From Epiperipatus broadwayi (taxonomy: Eukaryota > Animalia > Onychophora), in the NCBI GenBank assembly GCA_028023455.1, contig JAQFVV010000009.1, positions 3,472,001 to 3,536,000 on the forward strand: a stretch of DNA of 64,000 nt, given 5' to 3'. Below, piece after piece: positions 36,715-51,149 of the stretch. A program made the position numbers and the translations under genes. Each line of letters opens with the position of its first letter. The stretch's first letter is position 1. Under the pieces are notes generated by a model that worked only from the letters and a program-made list of their open reading frames with translations, was not told the DNA's origin and did no database searches.

Positions 36715-39700
36715 AATTTATTAATCATACAAAGCTTGTAGTACTGTTCAAGTTAATATGCAAAGGTAAATATAATACAATAAGACTCAAGAACACTGAG
36801 CTAGATTTCAGAAGGTTGCTGTCAGAATCAGTGTGAACACTAACTGTGTTGTTAAAAATATATATTATGGCAAATATCAATATGCAAATAAAGTACAATG
36901 TAAATTAGATGTTCCATTTTTTTGACAATGAAATGCAGAAATATATTTTATTAATGGAATGAGATCCATAGCAATAGCCCATGCTTTTTTATACTTTGAT
37001 CCCTATAATCCCTCTCTGTGCATAGTTTTAACATTAGAGGGGGAAAAGATGTGTCCCGTAATCTGCTCATGATCAAAAAGGATCAATTTATATTGACTGC
37101 ACTTTATTATATAAGTAGGAATTCTGCCAACTCTTGTTGATCTATTAGTGCTAGATTCCCTATAATATGCTGTGTTACAAGCTGAGGGGGCATATTTAAA
37201 TGGAATTCTATTCTTAGTGTTGTTGAGGGAGGGGGGTGATCTGAATTCCACTCTGAAAGTATCTGCAGATTTTTCAAAGACTTATATTGCTATATGATGA
37301 AGATACAGTAGACTTATAACATGGAGTAACTGGGTTAGCATTGTCAGCTATTTTGTCAAAGTTATTATAATTTTTTTAACTATTTTTATTAATTTAATAT
37401 ACTATATTCAATATTTGTTAAATCCCTAATACATGAATCAATGTTAATTTTTCCATCAGCCTTATATTTGCATAACATCTTGTTTCTATGTAAAAAACCT
37501 TATAGACCTGCCAATTTTTGTTCTACTGGAGCATTGGACTTAGGGTGGATGACACCTCTCATCTGTATTGGTTTCACATTCATTTTATAATCAAGATCAT
37601 CCCTGTTTCTGATGTATATATCTAGAAAAATTATACTTTGTATCTTCATTTTCAATAGTCCACTTTAGAGATGATGCTTTATCAATTCTAGACATATATT
37701 GTTAATTTAAACTTCTGAGGCACATATTGAATATGTTGTCTACCTATCTCATATAAATGCCATTATTTGCAAGGATCAAATATTTTGATAAAATGTTTTC
37801 AAATTTTGAAAGAACAATGCTGCTAACAATGCCACTCAGTGGGAATTCCATGGGCCATTTGCTCATTTTATTTTTTCAATGGCAATAGTTACAATTTCAT
37901 TATTTAACCAATTAAGAACTTCAATTATAAATTCTTTTTTGTACTGATTATAATTATTTTTCTGCAAAGGGTCCTGTATAATGCCAACAAAACAGTCACA
38001 AGGCATTGATCCATAAAGCTATTTGACATTTAACAATGTTAAAATGTGTTTTTTTTATTAACTTTAATGTTTTTATTTCTTTCCACATACTTAAACAATG
38101 ACTTAATGGGAAGGAGCCAAATCCAAAATCTTCACTTAACCAGTTAGCAATTTTCTTAGCTGCTTTAAAATAATATGTGCCAGTACAGTCAATCACCAAT
38201 CTTCATGGCTACCCTTCTTTATGTAACTTAATATTTATGAATATATGAGATAGAATTGCAGCAGAAGGGTACATTGCAAGATACTTGGCATGCATATATG
38301 CCTTATTATACAATTTTCACAAAATATTAAATAAAATTTGTCTTTGCAAAATTTCAAATTATATGTATCAATGTTTTTAAATTGCAATTTTGCAATCTGC
38401 AAATTCAATCTTTGGTTGTAATCATTGTGATTTAACAAAACCAATCTATTGCCTTTATCTTGTTTTAGACAAATTATATTAGTGTTTTTCAAAAATTGCT
38501 TTGCTTCATTTACTTTAATCGACCAGTCATTATTTACTCTATTTTAGTTATATGAACTAAGCAATTTAGCCATTCTTTTAATCCTTTATCTTTTCAACTA
38601 CATTTTCAAATTTTGTTTCAATATCAGTGATGATTTCCATCTGTAGACATTTCCAGGCTCTGCCAATAAATCTCAAGCCTAATTCTAAAATGTTAATGAT
38701 TTACTCAGGGAGTGTAACTTCACCCAATTATCAGACATATTGTTAGAAGAACAATGCCTTGTTTATTGGCAAGAAAATTTAATTTATTGTTGTATTTGGC
38801 CTTTAGCATTAATGTGATAATTCTGCAATGGTTCACAATTTCAGTTGGAACTTTGTAATTTTTCTCCATATATTTAAGCTGTCATTTTTCTTGGTTTTAA
38901 ATTTCTGGCATCTCCCTAAATCAGGGGTTCCCAACCCTATGCCCGTGGGCACCATGGCACCCACAGATGATTTTACGTGTGCCCACCGCTATCCGAACAC
39001 GATAAAAAATTATTTATCTGATACAAATAAATTTAATTTTTAAAATTTCTTATAAATTATTGTATTATATTGTAATCAAATTGTAGGGCATACTATACTT
39101 TTACAGCGTAAAAATATAAATTTTAATTCTAATGTTAAAATTTTATTTTTGAAATAAGTATTTTTTTGTACATTATGTGTATTATTAACAATATCCAACT
39201 ATAAATTTACATTGAAAAACTAAATGGTGCCCGCCCCCTGGTTGAAAAAAATAAATTGTGCCCACCAACTGGCTGGTATTACAGAATGTGCTCTTAAGTG
39301 CAAAAAGGTTGGGGATCCCTGCCCTAAATGATAGTATGCAATAACAACACCTTTAGACATACAATTATCTTATCCAGGTTGTATATATTAGGAACACCTG
39401 TAAGCTAAACATGATTTTAGAAACTAAATACTTCCATGTTTAATTGCAATTGCCTTATTTATTTAAACACCACCTTGTTTAATAGGTGTGAATCCATAAT
39501 AATTATGTAAATCTCAAAAATTATACAATTTCATAAAATATGTAATCATACAAAACTTGTACTGTTCAAGTTATTATGAAAAGATAAATATAATACAATA
39601 AGATTCAAGGGCATTGAGCTAGCTTTTGTCAGGTTGCTGTCAGAATCATAGTTCTAAATACATTGTTAAAAATATGTATATATTGTGGTGAAGATCAACA

Positions 39701-40510
39701 TGCAAATAAAGTGCAGTATATAAATTAGATGTTCCATTATTTTGACAATGGAATGAAGGAATCTTTCCTATTAATGGAATGAGAATCCCTAGCAATAGCC
39801 AACATTTCTTTATATTTTCATTTTCTATCATCTTTCTCTGCACACATTGGTTTAACAGTAGAGAGGGAAAAGATATATCCCATAGTCTGCTCATGATCAA
39901 AAATGATTGATTTATATTTGAGATTTGACCTCACTTTATTATATTAGTGCTGGGAGACTTGATCTTATAGTGCAAGATTCCTAGTAATACACTGTGCTAC
40001 AAATGGGGCAGAGGATGAAACTTTATACACAACCTGGAAGGCAAGAGCAAATGTAATTTCATTCTTAGTGTTGTTTAATTAAACAGTTGCTGAGAGAGAG
40101 GGCGATCTGAATCTCATTCTTAAAATGTCTGCTATGACATATCTTTTCTCTTATTCTAATGTAAAAACAATGTGCACAGAGAGGGATGTTAGAAAAAGAG
40201 AATATAAAGCATGGACTATTGATAGATCCTCATTCCATTAATAAAAAATAGTCCTGCATCCCATTGTCAAAGAAAATGGAACATCTAATTTACATACTGC
40301 GCTTTATTTGCATATTGACCTTTGCCACAATATATACATCAATTTAATGATAGTTAGTGTTCACACTATGATTCTGTCAGCAACTTACCAAAAGCTAGCT
40401 CAATGCTCTTGAGTCTTACTATATTATATTCACCTTTTCATATTAACTTGAACAGTAAAAGTTTTGTATGATTACATATTTTATGAAAAGTGTATAATTT
40501 TCGAGATTTA
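36715..40510 (-). mobile_element. Penelope-like element with complete architecture: decayed RT + GIY-YIG ORF, upstream direct repeat of the 3' end, and inverted repeat
   Basis: Minus-strand KQDKGNRLVLL, YMR*VDNIF, LKWTIENED (PLE RT); CNTAYYRES..DHEQITGHIFSPSNVK (GIY-YIG). 36720-37270 is repeated directly at 39540-40135 and inverted at 40140-40510. Confidence 0.85.
38922..39321. mobile_element. 400-bp hAT (Charlie-like) MITE inserted in the Penelope ORF
   Basis: TIRs CAGGGGTTCCCAACC / GGTTGGGGATCCCTG. Perfect 8-bp TSD CCCTAAAT at 38914-38921 and 39322-39329. Confidence 0.95.
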
Positions 40511-40514
40511 AAGA

Positions 40515-40950
40515 ATTTATTAAATAAAATCAAGAAAATAATATACTTTTGCAACAAAAATAATTTATTTATCAAAATCATATCAATTATTTAACAAAAA
40601 AATACATCGATGGCAAATAAAATATGAATCTGCATTTATTCTTGAATTTATGATGTCCACATTTGTTTTTGAATATATTTATCTTTATTTAATATACATT
40701 TTGAGCATGAAATTATTTATTGCTTTTTTGCAATACACTTTTTAAAAAAAAATTACAAAGAATATTTTCTTCATTTTATTCAATGTTATATTTATATCAT
40801 AAATTCAAAAATAAATGCAAATATTTTTTATGGATTTGCATTTCTGCATAGATTTGATTTATCATTGAAGAATATTTATTAAATAATTGATATTGTTTTG
40901 AACAATAAGTTTTATTGCAATATATTATTTTTTGGTTTTAATTTATATAG
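40515..40950. repeat. AT-rich inverted-repeat element (probable old MITE)
   Basis: tgcatttattcttgaatttatgat / atcataaattcaaaaataaatgca and atcaattattt / aaataattgat. Confidence 0.55.
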
Positions 40951-41399
40951 GTGTAAGGCCATCAATTAAAAAAATGCAGAACATTTTATTTTTAGTTATC
41001 CTTTGCTCAAAAATAAACACTATGAAATCCCATCAGGTAAATAGATCGTACATTATAGTAGCATATAATTTGTAATAAATAATTTAATATTGTTGTGTTT
41101 TGCTTGCTAAAATGATAAAATAATGGGTATCAGTAACATATTAAATTATTCTACATTTACAGCTAATTACACATTAACCTTTTAATTGCTTTTATAGTTG
41201 TTACAATTAGTATACTTATATTTTAAAAATGTGTTTATTTCATTATATATTTTGTACAACATGAAGATATCTCTCTCTCTCTCTCATCGTTTAACATATT
41301 ATATTAAATGAAGTCTTAATATATTTTGTTTTTTGATTGTTATTTTTCTTGCATGTGTCATGCATGTTTTATTTTATTAGAAGACAATTCTATTAATAA

Positions 41400-44300
41400 T
41401 AATTGTGTGGTAGTAAGCGTAAAATTTCCATGTGACCACATTTTAATTCTTACTTTTTTTTGGCACATATTTAAGATTTCTATAAAATTATTATTCCAGC
41501 ATTTATGAAACTATTGAACAGAATATGACTTTTTGTTTTGAAATATTGCTTTTTATCTTACTAATCAAATGAATCTTAGCAGTGATAATGTATGTCTTAT
41601 TGTTTTTTTTTTTTTTGTCATCAGTCAATATTTTGCTTAGTGAGTAAGAGTATTAGGTTTGATATAATGTTACTGAAGAAAGGATAATAACCACTGATGT
41701 TTAAGAAAGTTTCTTTTTCTTGCCCACATAACATATATTGTGTCAAAGGAAGATTTATAAAATTTTTGAGGAAAAGTGTAGTTGAGAAACAACCATAATA
41801 AATTTAATGCAAATATGCGTCAATGATTTATTTAACATATTTTCTAGTCATTTTTATAAATTGATGGAATGCACTATCATGGATAGCTCACTATGTGTTA
41901 TTTGACTTGAAGTCTGTTTATTTGATATTTGGTATCAAGATAGTCTGATCCCCATTTCACCATGTATGATGTTTTTCTCATTTTTATCAAATCAAATGAT
42001 TGACAATTGGGAAAGTTAATGCCAAATAGAGGATCAGTACATATTCTGCTGAATGATTTAGCTTTTATAAATTGATTAAATAACTTAATATCAACTAGAC
42101 CAAGACCATTGTTTTTTATTAATGTTCTTAATGGATTGTATGATAATAGTTTAGATCCTGAATCCCCAAAATAATTACTGTGTTTATTAATGTTGCTATC
42201 GATATATTATTTATATAAATCCATGATGTATAGTAGTACTAACAGCCCTTTAAGAATGAAGATGATTATTTTTATTTTCAGATAGCATTTAATAGGACTA
42301 AAAGATGATAATTTAGTTGTGAACTTATTGGTGATTAATTTGTTCATAATTAAATTGGTTTTTGTCATAGGGACATAATGGGATACTAAAAGTTTAATTG
42401 GAACTATTTTAAATTTTGATGGAATTATTTGCTATGCTGATCTGCTGACACTTTTAATCCAGTTTTTTGAGAAATTTTTTTTAGGCACAACTCAATAATA
42501 ACAGCTGCAGTGACTCATCTGGTAAATATTATTACATTATCAACATGAGCCAGTATATAAAAGCTAGTATATTTATGTCTTTCAAACATTGGAACAAATA
42601 TTCTTTAGAATATTATCATTAACTTCTCTAAAAAAAGAATTGATGTATATAGGAAATAAAGCAAGAAATGGGGGGGGGGGATTCTTTCTGTAAGGCCTTT
42701 AATTTATTAGACTACATATAATGATAGGGTTTTTGGTATAGTATTATATATGTGTGTATCAAAAAAGCATAGATCTGCATGATCAAAGGCCTTTTTGATA
42801 TTCATTTTGATTGCAATCACACCAAATAGACCATATATGATATTACTCCATGGTATGACAAAATTGCATGTTGAATGGGTTTCCCAGATATAGAATAATG
42901 ATCAGATAGTACTTTCCAAGAGAAGCTTAAATTTATCTAAGAATTTGCTAGTAAAAGTTTTAACTTGTATATTTTCAATTCTTATAGTTCTTAGTTGATT
43001 GGTAAGTTTTGCTATTATGGTTTTTCACTATCATAAAAAAAAATTGTTTATTAATCTTTGTTTTATCTATGTACTACATAGTTAAATTAGTTTGTCATGT
43101 GATTAACTATCAGATATTTTATGGATCTATATAAGTTTGATATGATTTTTGAGAATTCTAATGTTATTGTAGATTTTAACTTTCTATTTGTTCAATCATT
43201 TTCTTTAAAAAAGTTAATATGGGTTGTGGTAGATCTGGATTTTTTAGCCAATCCTATGAAGATAGGTTATTATCAGTGTATTGATGTTTGAAATATTTTG
43301 AGATTGCATGATATACCTCGCTTCCCATTGGAATGTTGCTTCTTGTTTTTTTAATGTGTAAATTTCTTTCTCGTAATGTCTTTGTCTTGGCATAATTTAA
43401 TAATTGTTTGAATCAGCTTATTAGTTGCACCAATTATATTTTCTGAAATTTTATGTCTTCTTGAACAATGTCATACAATTTATTATACTGTTCTTTCAAT
43501 ATATTCGTTTTTTGACTACTGCTGACTATTGTTGGGATCTTTTTTGATATGTCTAAGATTTCTTCAATAAAATATCTTGCATAGTTTAATGAAATATAAT
43601 TTGCTGATATTTTATAAATGATTTAATTGGTGGACTATAAAATCTCATAAATTTATTTATTGGGTGTATATTTGATAAGGCTCTTAAATTAAAATCATTC
43701 ATTATAATTTTTGACAGCTCATCAATATTAAGTTGTTAAAGTTTATATACCTTATGACTTTTCATGTTATACTCAATTCGACCAATATTATGGTTTGCAA
43801 AGAACACTGATATGATAGTGACACTAGAATTTAGACATTAACTAGGAAAAAAGATGATGTTTGAAAATGAATATGCACTTTTTGGTAAATATCTTACTGA
43901 GGTATAGGTATTATGAGTCAGTAAATATTGACTTAATTCCCTAGAGTGTTGTGATTGACAATTAAAAGCACTCATTATAACACACCCACTATGCTTTACT
44001 AATTGTAAATACTGTATTTGATCAATCATTTTATTACTTTCCTTCTTTGTGATGAATAGAATGCACAAATAGAGAAATAATTATATGTTTCTGATATTTC
44101 TAGTATTGTTATAGATTGTTTGTTTGATCTTTATTGATTAAAATCATGATTTCTCTTACAATGCTATTGTTCAGGACAGGAATGGTATACCAATTGTTAG
44201 ATGATATTTTGAGAATATTTGTATTTATACTTTGACTGAATTTTGTTTCAATAATTGCTAATGCATTAAAAGATATCTGATTAAAGAACCTGATGAATTT

Positions 44301-44514
44301 ATGGACTTTAGTCCAGGCATTTAATCTGCTTATATTAAAGATTGTAGAGTTTATATCATTATTGGCCATTATGTGGGAAATGGATTTTTTATGATCCTGT
44401 GAAAGCTTTGACAAGTCACTAGGATTGTTAGATTATTTTTGTTTAAAGTTTTAATGTTTTTCTACCTCTTCTGGGTTGTAAATTTTTTTTTTGCTTTTTG
44501 TTTTTATGTTTTAT

Positions 44515-44549
<35 letters not shown>

Positions 44550-44576
44550 TAAAACATAAAAAGTAAGTCAAATCAA

Positions 44577-44616
<40 letters not shown>

Positions 44617-45700
44617 TTGATTTGACTTACTTTTCAAAATGATTTCTCTTCACCCTCAGAGAATATTTCACACAATGAAGTATTTGAAGTGCTATGGGAA
44701 TTTGTTAACTTTTTTGATATTAGTTGTGTTATAGATGTAAGTGGATTAACACTGTTTTAATATTTCAATTTCTTGAGTTGTGATTTTAGATTCATATTTA
44801 TTAGAGTCAGAATTGTTACTCAGAATCACATTATCACACTGCTCCACTTCTTCTATACTATTGATCCCTACAACACCAGGCCACCACAGTTCTAAATATT
44901 GACTCAGTAATAATATTTCTTTTAGTCCTAGCTTGAAAACAAGATGAACAGGATATAGGGCATAACTAGTTCCCATTCTTTCAAAGAGTCCAATTCATAG
45001 GGCAGTGACAAGCTATATGCTCTAATTGATAGTTTTTAAAACAGCCACATAATTTTCTTTTAATATGCACTGGGCATAGAAATCTGGCAATCATAATGAT
45101 GGATATTATGAGTCTGCTATTTTTTTTCCATTTTTAAACAGAACTCGAATCTATTTGTTTGAATGCTCGTTTCAAATTTTGACTTTTTACTCTTTTTAAT
45201 CCAACAACTTTAGCAATATTTTCTAATGCATTAGTAAAGTTTTATTGGTCAAATCACACAGGATTGGTATCTTTTAAGATGTAATAAATTCTATTCCCAT
45301 TTAATGAATTAATCATATTTTCAGCTATTATTTTGTCTTATATAGTTAAATGAACTATTTCTAGAAAACCTTTTGAGGATAAAAAGAAATGTAATTGATT
45401 TTATTATCTAGGCCTACTTTTCCTAAAGCTTCTATATAATCTGAATTTGAAGGACAGACAAATAAAATTTCTTCTGTTTCTACATCAACAAAGTAATAAT
45501 TGAAGACATAGATGTTTCAGGAGTAATTCACATTATTAAAAGCTTTCCACCAATAATTGTTTAATTTAGAAACAGATTTGCATTTATTTGAGAGGAATTT
45601 GTTCTTTTTGTGCTTATTTTGAGATTAGATGGTTCGGTATTATTAGATGTTATTGAATGTGAAGCTGAGTTTAGCATTGTCTCCTCATAGTTAATTGGTT
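41400..45700 (-). mobile_element. Decayed L1/Tx1-clade LINE (ORF1 zinc knuckles, APE, RT, C-terminal Cys/His motif)
   Basis: Minus-strand CFKNYQLEHIACHCP (knuckle); STIFNISRLN..AIIETK (APE); IKMNIKKAFD and LAHVDNVIIF (RT); NNGLGLVDIK and LCGQEKET (C-terminus). Confidence 0.75.
44501..44634. repeat. Two abutting (TA)n-centred palindromes
   Basis: 44559-44634 is a perfect palindrome (21-bp arms around (TA)17). 44501-44562 is a near-perfect one. Confidence 0.95.
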
Positions 45701-48700
45701 ATATTAATATATTGATATAAGATTAGTTTATTATAATAGAAGAGAAGCATAGTATTTATTATAAAATGGAAGTAGATTCCTACAAACTTAGTATATAGAA
45801 TGAGAAAAAGACAAAAACCAAGAGATTGCCATCAAGTGAAAACTTATAGCCAGTATGCAAGTCACATGTTACATTCAAAATAAAGGATTAGAGTGAATAA
45901 TACTCCTATTCAGTATTATATTTTGCCTTCAGGGACTTTAAAGAGAAAGAATATGGGCTCCACCCCCCACCCCCAAAATCAAACATTTGTTATTCAAAAT
46001 TTACTATTAGCCAATCTTGTACTTTTTGTACATGCATTAATTCCTTAAGTATCTTGGAATTGTATTGGTGTTGAAATAAGTATGTACAATACATCAATCA
46101 TTACTTATACTTTTTATATCATTAATAAAAAATACAACGATAAAAAAAGAATTTAGTTAATAAATGAATTATACAAAATTTTCAGGTTTTAGATACTAAT
46201 AATATTGAAAGTGTTAAGCTAATAAATATATTTAAAACAATGAAAATCTTTTCTGTTTTTAAATGGTCAAATGTTTGTTAATTTATTACAATAATTTTAT
46301 CATAATCCAATAGTTGAGTTGTTTTGATTAAGTATTATTATAAATTGTTTAAATGGCTTTTATTGAGAGTACTTCTTAAATAATTTTTGATCCATTTACA
46401 AAATTTACAACTTTAGATTATAAAGACATCTCTTGAAACAAAGACACTATTTTTTTTCATTTAACAATGCTTTGAATTTATATACTGTGGGTATACACAT
46501 CAGCTTTGTACATCTTATTCTCTTTGTTGATCTTTAAAATCAGGTAAAAACAATTGAAAGTAACATTTGGATGTACTTTTCTTAAAAAAAAAAACAGCCA
46601 AGTACAACATTTGTATCATTTTGCTGGACAGTGGATTAACAAACTTTGTCAATAGATAAATGGCTGACCTTACAATTCTTGGAACTATTTAGTTTTTATG
46701 ACTTAAAGGACATTAAAATGTGAATGAATCATACAAATATTTGCAAACACTTTAAACTTTTCAACATTTATATCTCTTGAAATGCTATTTCAAAGGACAA
46801 GTATAATTAATTAATAAAAAATTTACACCTGCTTCAATTTATTTAATTCACTCAAAATATGCAATATAAACATACACTATGAATAGAACAACGACAGATA
46901 AAATATTAGACCCATTTAGAGATTGGATGGCTATGTGAACTATTTGGGTTTGAATTCAGATTATATCAAGAGTAAAATGTTGCTGAAGTAATGTTGACAT
47001 GAAAAATTGTTGCACAATAAAATGTATCACATCACAATATAAGAATTGAAGTTGTAATACATGAAATGTATGCTGTTAGTATATCAAATAAAATTTATAT
47101 AATGTACATAAATGCAGTATTGTAATAATTTGATGTTAAATTGCTTTATAACTACTATTGAAGCCTTAAAACAAAATTTAGCCACCTTCCTTCCACCCCT
47201 GATACGAGATCCATACCATCTTTTTCTATTGCCTTTGTGAAAATTCACCTGTGCTTTTACTGCAAATGTTAAAGATGAAAGAAATCAGGCAAAACTATGT
47301 TTAGTAGAATCATGAGTTTTTATTAAAAACTGTTTTCATAAAAATTTATATCTATCCAAATTTGCAATGAAAATTATAATCAGTACTGTGCCAAATTATT
47401 ATTTTAAAGACTAAAATTATTCTTTTTAAAATAATATTTTATTTACTGTTTTCTAAGTTAATAACTAAATATTCATTAAAAAAGGTTGTTTTAATACTTT
47501 TATTTAAATTCAATGTATGCATGTTTTTTTTTTTGTAATTCTATACTGATGACTAGTAATCAAAGTTCCAAAACGAAATAAAACACAAGCAAAGTATTAA
47601 AAAATAAATACTAGATAATGTTATTGATTTTTAATTTAGAACTTTATATTCTAAATTAGAAGAGATACATTATTTAAAATATTGTGATTTCTTCTAGTAT
47701 TTGTTAATCATTTTTAAAGCAATTATTTACTCCCAAAATACTTTCATAAATTATTACGTAATTTATTTTTTGATTGGTTGGCATATAGTTGTCTTAAAGT
47801 GTTTGGCTAAAAATTGATAATGTAAAAAAAGAAAGAACAGACTCAAAAAAAAAAATTTGAATAAAATAATACTTGTCAGTAAAATAAAAATTATTTTTGC
47901 AATTAATATATAAGAAAAAAATGTATGAAAAAATGTCATATCTTTAAAATGTGTTTCGTCTGGCATGAATAACTGAAATAGTTTTTATTAATTTTTAAGT
48001 TTCAATAATGTCTTCATATTAATAGAGAAAATGGTTTGAGAATTTTAAAAAAGAAACTCATAAATTCTTATACAAAAACACATTACAATTTAAAAATGTA
48101 AATATTTTAAATCTATTCTTACAATAGGATATAAATTATTATATGATGACATATTGAACTGATAAAATTTGAAAAAAAAAAGAAAAGAAAAGATATTTAC
48201 TGCAGTTCAACATAAGTATTCATATTTCTATTTTGAAGAATGCCTTCATTAGGATTTTTTTAAACTATTTATTATTTTGTATATCAAGAATGTTAACCAT
48301 CACTGATAAATTTACATCTATTTTTACAGATGATTATATTTGTCTTGCCATATTGTAATTTTTACTGACAGATACATTCAATTTGTATTAAGTATTGTTT
48401 TATAATTTTTTGTTTCCTTGTTTTATACCCATATTATATCTTGAAGGATATGCCTGATCTGCATTTACCAGATTATTCATTTTATGTATCTGTGTTTATT
48501 TGAATGTTACAATTTGTGTAGTCATACGAGTAACCTTTTTATCATTATTTCATCCTTTTTTAAATCTTGCTGATTACACATATGCAAACTAACTTTTATT
48601 ACGAAGACAAAATTGTAATAATTTCAAATAAGACTAAAATTATTTGCCTCTTAGGTTGCAAAAATTCGTTTTTGATTGTATATATATTATTTCTAAATCA

Positions 48701-50219
48701 CTGACAAAAATTATGCATAAATGTATGAGATTTGAATGAAAGCATACTCTCATGAAGAATTATGAATCTGGAGCAAAATTGCTGATATATATTTTTCAGA
48801 TAGATTTAGGAACATTTAACAGTGACAAGCTGAGATTACAAAGGTAGTAAATAAATTTTAAAAACAAGGAATTATATATCTGATAAAATTAATAGAAGAC
48901 AAATATGTAAAGATGGCCATGAATTTAAAAAATTGGCAAAGATTTTTTTCAAGAGGATAGCTACAACCTGTGATAATTTCAACAAACATAAAATAATAGA
49001 TACTCAAACATCTGAATGGGCTGCACAAATTTTTTAAAGGCATAAAAAGAACTAATATAGATTGTCAGTTTCATCTTTTTTTGACGATGACTATATACCT
49101 AAACATATTCAATCAAAAACTTTATTCAATCTTAAGCAAAGAATTCATATGAAAAAATAAAATCATTAAAATCTGTACATCACCCATGATCTCAATAAAA
49201 AACTTCAATTACAAGTTATTTACATATGTCATTATAAGTGTCTTTTAAGATTTCATTTACAATTTTAATTTATAAGATAATATTTTAAATCATTTTGTTA
49301 TCAAATCTTGATGAGAGTAATCAATAGACAGTTGTTATGATTATTACAAAATCAGTAGTCAATATTTTATGAAGGACAGGTTTAAATTAGGTTCATTCTC
49401 AATGTTCCTGTTCTTCAAAAAATAGATTTATTATTATTCCCTAGATTTAAATTTTAATTCCACCTTTAAATCTGACTGCCTATTTACAATGACCAAACTG
49501 CAAAGTGGTTTATTCTTTGGATAATTTATCCCATCATTATTCCAATTTAAACCTATCTTTTTATCACTTCATATTTGCTGCCTAATACTTTTTCTTATTC
49601 AAGATGAAGTTCTATTAAGTTTTAAAATCATATGTTTCTCCATCATATTGCATCTATTAAAGAATGTGCCACAGACATTGTATCAGTTTTATAATAAACT
49701 CTTCATTTCTACATCACTTTACAGTCTTCTATACTATTTCAAACAATTTTATAAATCTCTATACATTGTGTATCAGTTTTACATTTTTCACCTTTGAGCC
49801 ATTTTTAAAGTGTTCAGATATCTTTTTGAAACAATTTATTTAAACTTCTATTTTCTTTTAAATTTAATCTTCCATCCATGTTTGGTTTTTATTTTACACC
49901 TGTTTCGTTAATTGATAAAATTGTTTAATGGTCATTTCCTTCATCTAATTCTTCTTCTTTAAAGTGATGTTGCTTCATTTTTACTTATAAATGATTAGCC
50001 ACTTTTTATTGAATCAGCTTAAGGATTTATTTATAGCTTTCTTTTTAATTTAGTGCTATTTTATTCACCAATTTAAATATCTAAAGATTAACTGTAATGA
50101 ACTGTAATTTATTATTTTAGCTTCAAAATTTTTAACTGATTTTTTTCCTTAGAGCACGATGTTTAGTAGTTTAAAATGTACTAAAATGAAAAATGTTATA
50201 TATATATAATAATTAATAA

Positions 50220-50440
50220 AGCAAGTCATATATAACATGACATTACTTTTATGAGCTTGTAATTACAAAAATGCACATAGAGAGCGTACCAATAGCTCTA
50301 ACAAGCTCGTAAATTAACAAGTGCGGTTATGAGAAATATTTAAAATCTCTATCCAGAACACTCTTATCTCCAGACCATGGTTTCGGGCTTATAGCCCACG
50401 TCAGTGGAGAGCTAGAATATTCGGACACTAGACCTAAAAT
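50220..50440 (-). mobile_element. Young Penelope/retrozyme terminus fragment
   Basis: 50220-50320 resembles 15275-15360. It contains a hammerhead fold and retains CpGs. Confidence 0.7.
50367..50410 (-). ncRNA. Minimal type I hammerhead ribozyme with U at core position 9
   Basis: Minus strand reads UCUCCA CUGACGU GGGC UAUAA GCCC GAAAC CAUG GUC/UGGAGA: 6-bp stem I, 4-bp stem II, palindromic ACCAUGGU stem III. Confidence 0.8.
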
Positions 50441-51149
50441 ATATATATATATACAACATTTATATGTATCATGATAAATATGCATAACATATACTAAACA
50501 CACCACTTAATGTTTGTAAGAGTAAATACTAAATAAAACTGCACAAACATGTTTTCAATTACTTCTCTGTAATCATGTAGCAGTTGAACAAGTTTATACT
50601 GAAGTAATTGAAATTCATGCTTCAGCAATTTTATTTAGTATTCAACACAATTTTATATAAGTAATCAATCAAATTTCAGTTTTTGTCAAAACTTAATAAA
50701 AGAATTTTAGACCACATTGTAACCTTTCATTTTGCAATGGAATAATTACAAAGTGAAATTTTAATTTTTAAAGTTAGTTTTTTTTTTTATTATGTGTAGG
50801 TTTATATATAAAAAAGTTGAACATATTAATGAAATAAAATCTTAAATTTTAAAATACATCTTATAGCAAGGCAAAATAGGAATATATTTTGTTTTTATTT
50901 ACTTATTTAAAAACACTAAACTATTTATAGAAATTTACAACGAATTAACTCATGAGATGGCTAGCCTTAACATAACCTATTTATAGGAAATATATAATCA
51001 ATAAGATAGAAATGCAAATGAACAAAAAAAATATTATACAAAATATAAAACTCATAAAAAGTAGAAGGGAGATTGAGAAACAAAGAATATTTAGTCAAGA
51101 TGTCAAAATGCTCTGTCCTCTTTCTTTTAATGTTATAACAGTTCCAATT

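Noticed and set aside
36794-36833. Hammerhead-like string in the Penelope terminal repeat (CUGACAG...GAAAUCUAGCUC)
   Set aside because: The palindromic stem III half is suggestive, but none of the three copies has CUGANGA or a consistent stem I/II. It is too degenerate to call.
39508-40510. Apparent 1-kb MITE with ~370-bp TIRs
   Set aside because: The arm is repeated directly at 36720-37270, where it continues into GIY-YIG coding sequence. It is the Penelope direct/inverted terminal structure.
48700-49950. Possible Tc1-like transposase remnants (FSDRF..EITKVVNKF)
   Set aside because: Only a few residues fit, and no TIRs or catalytic motifs could be confirmed by eye.
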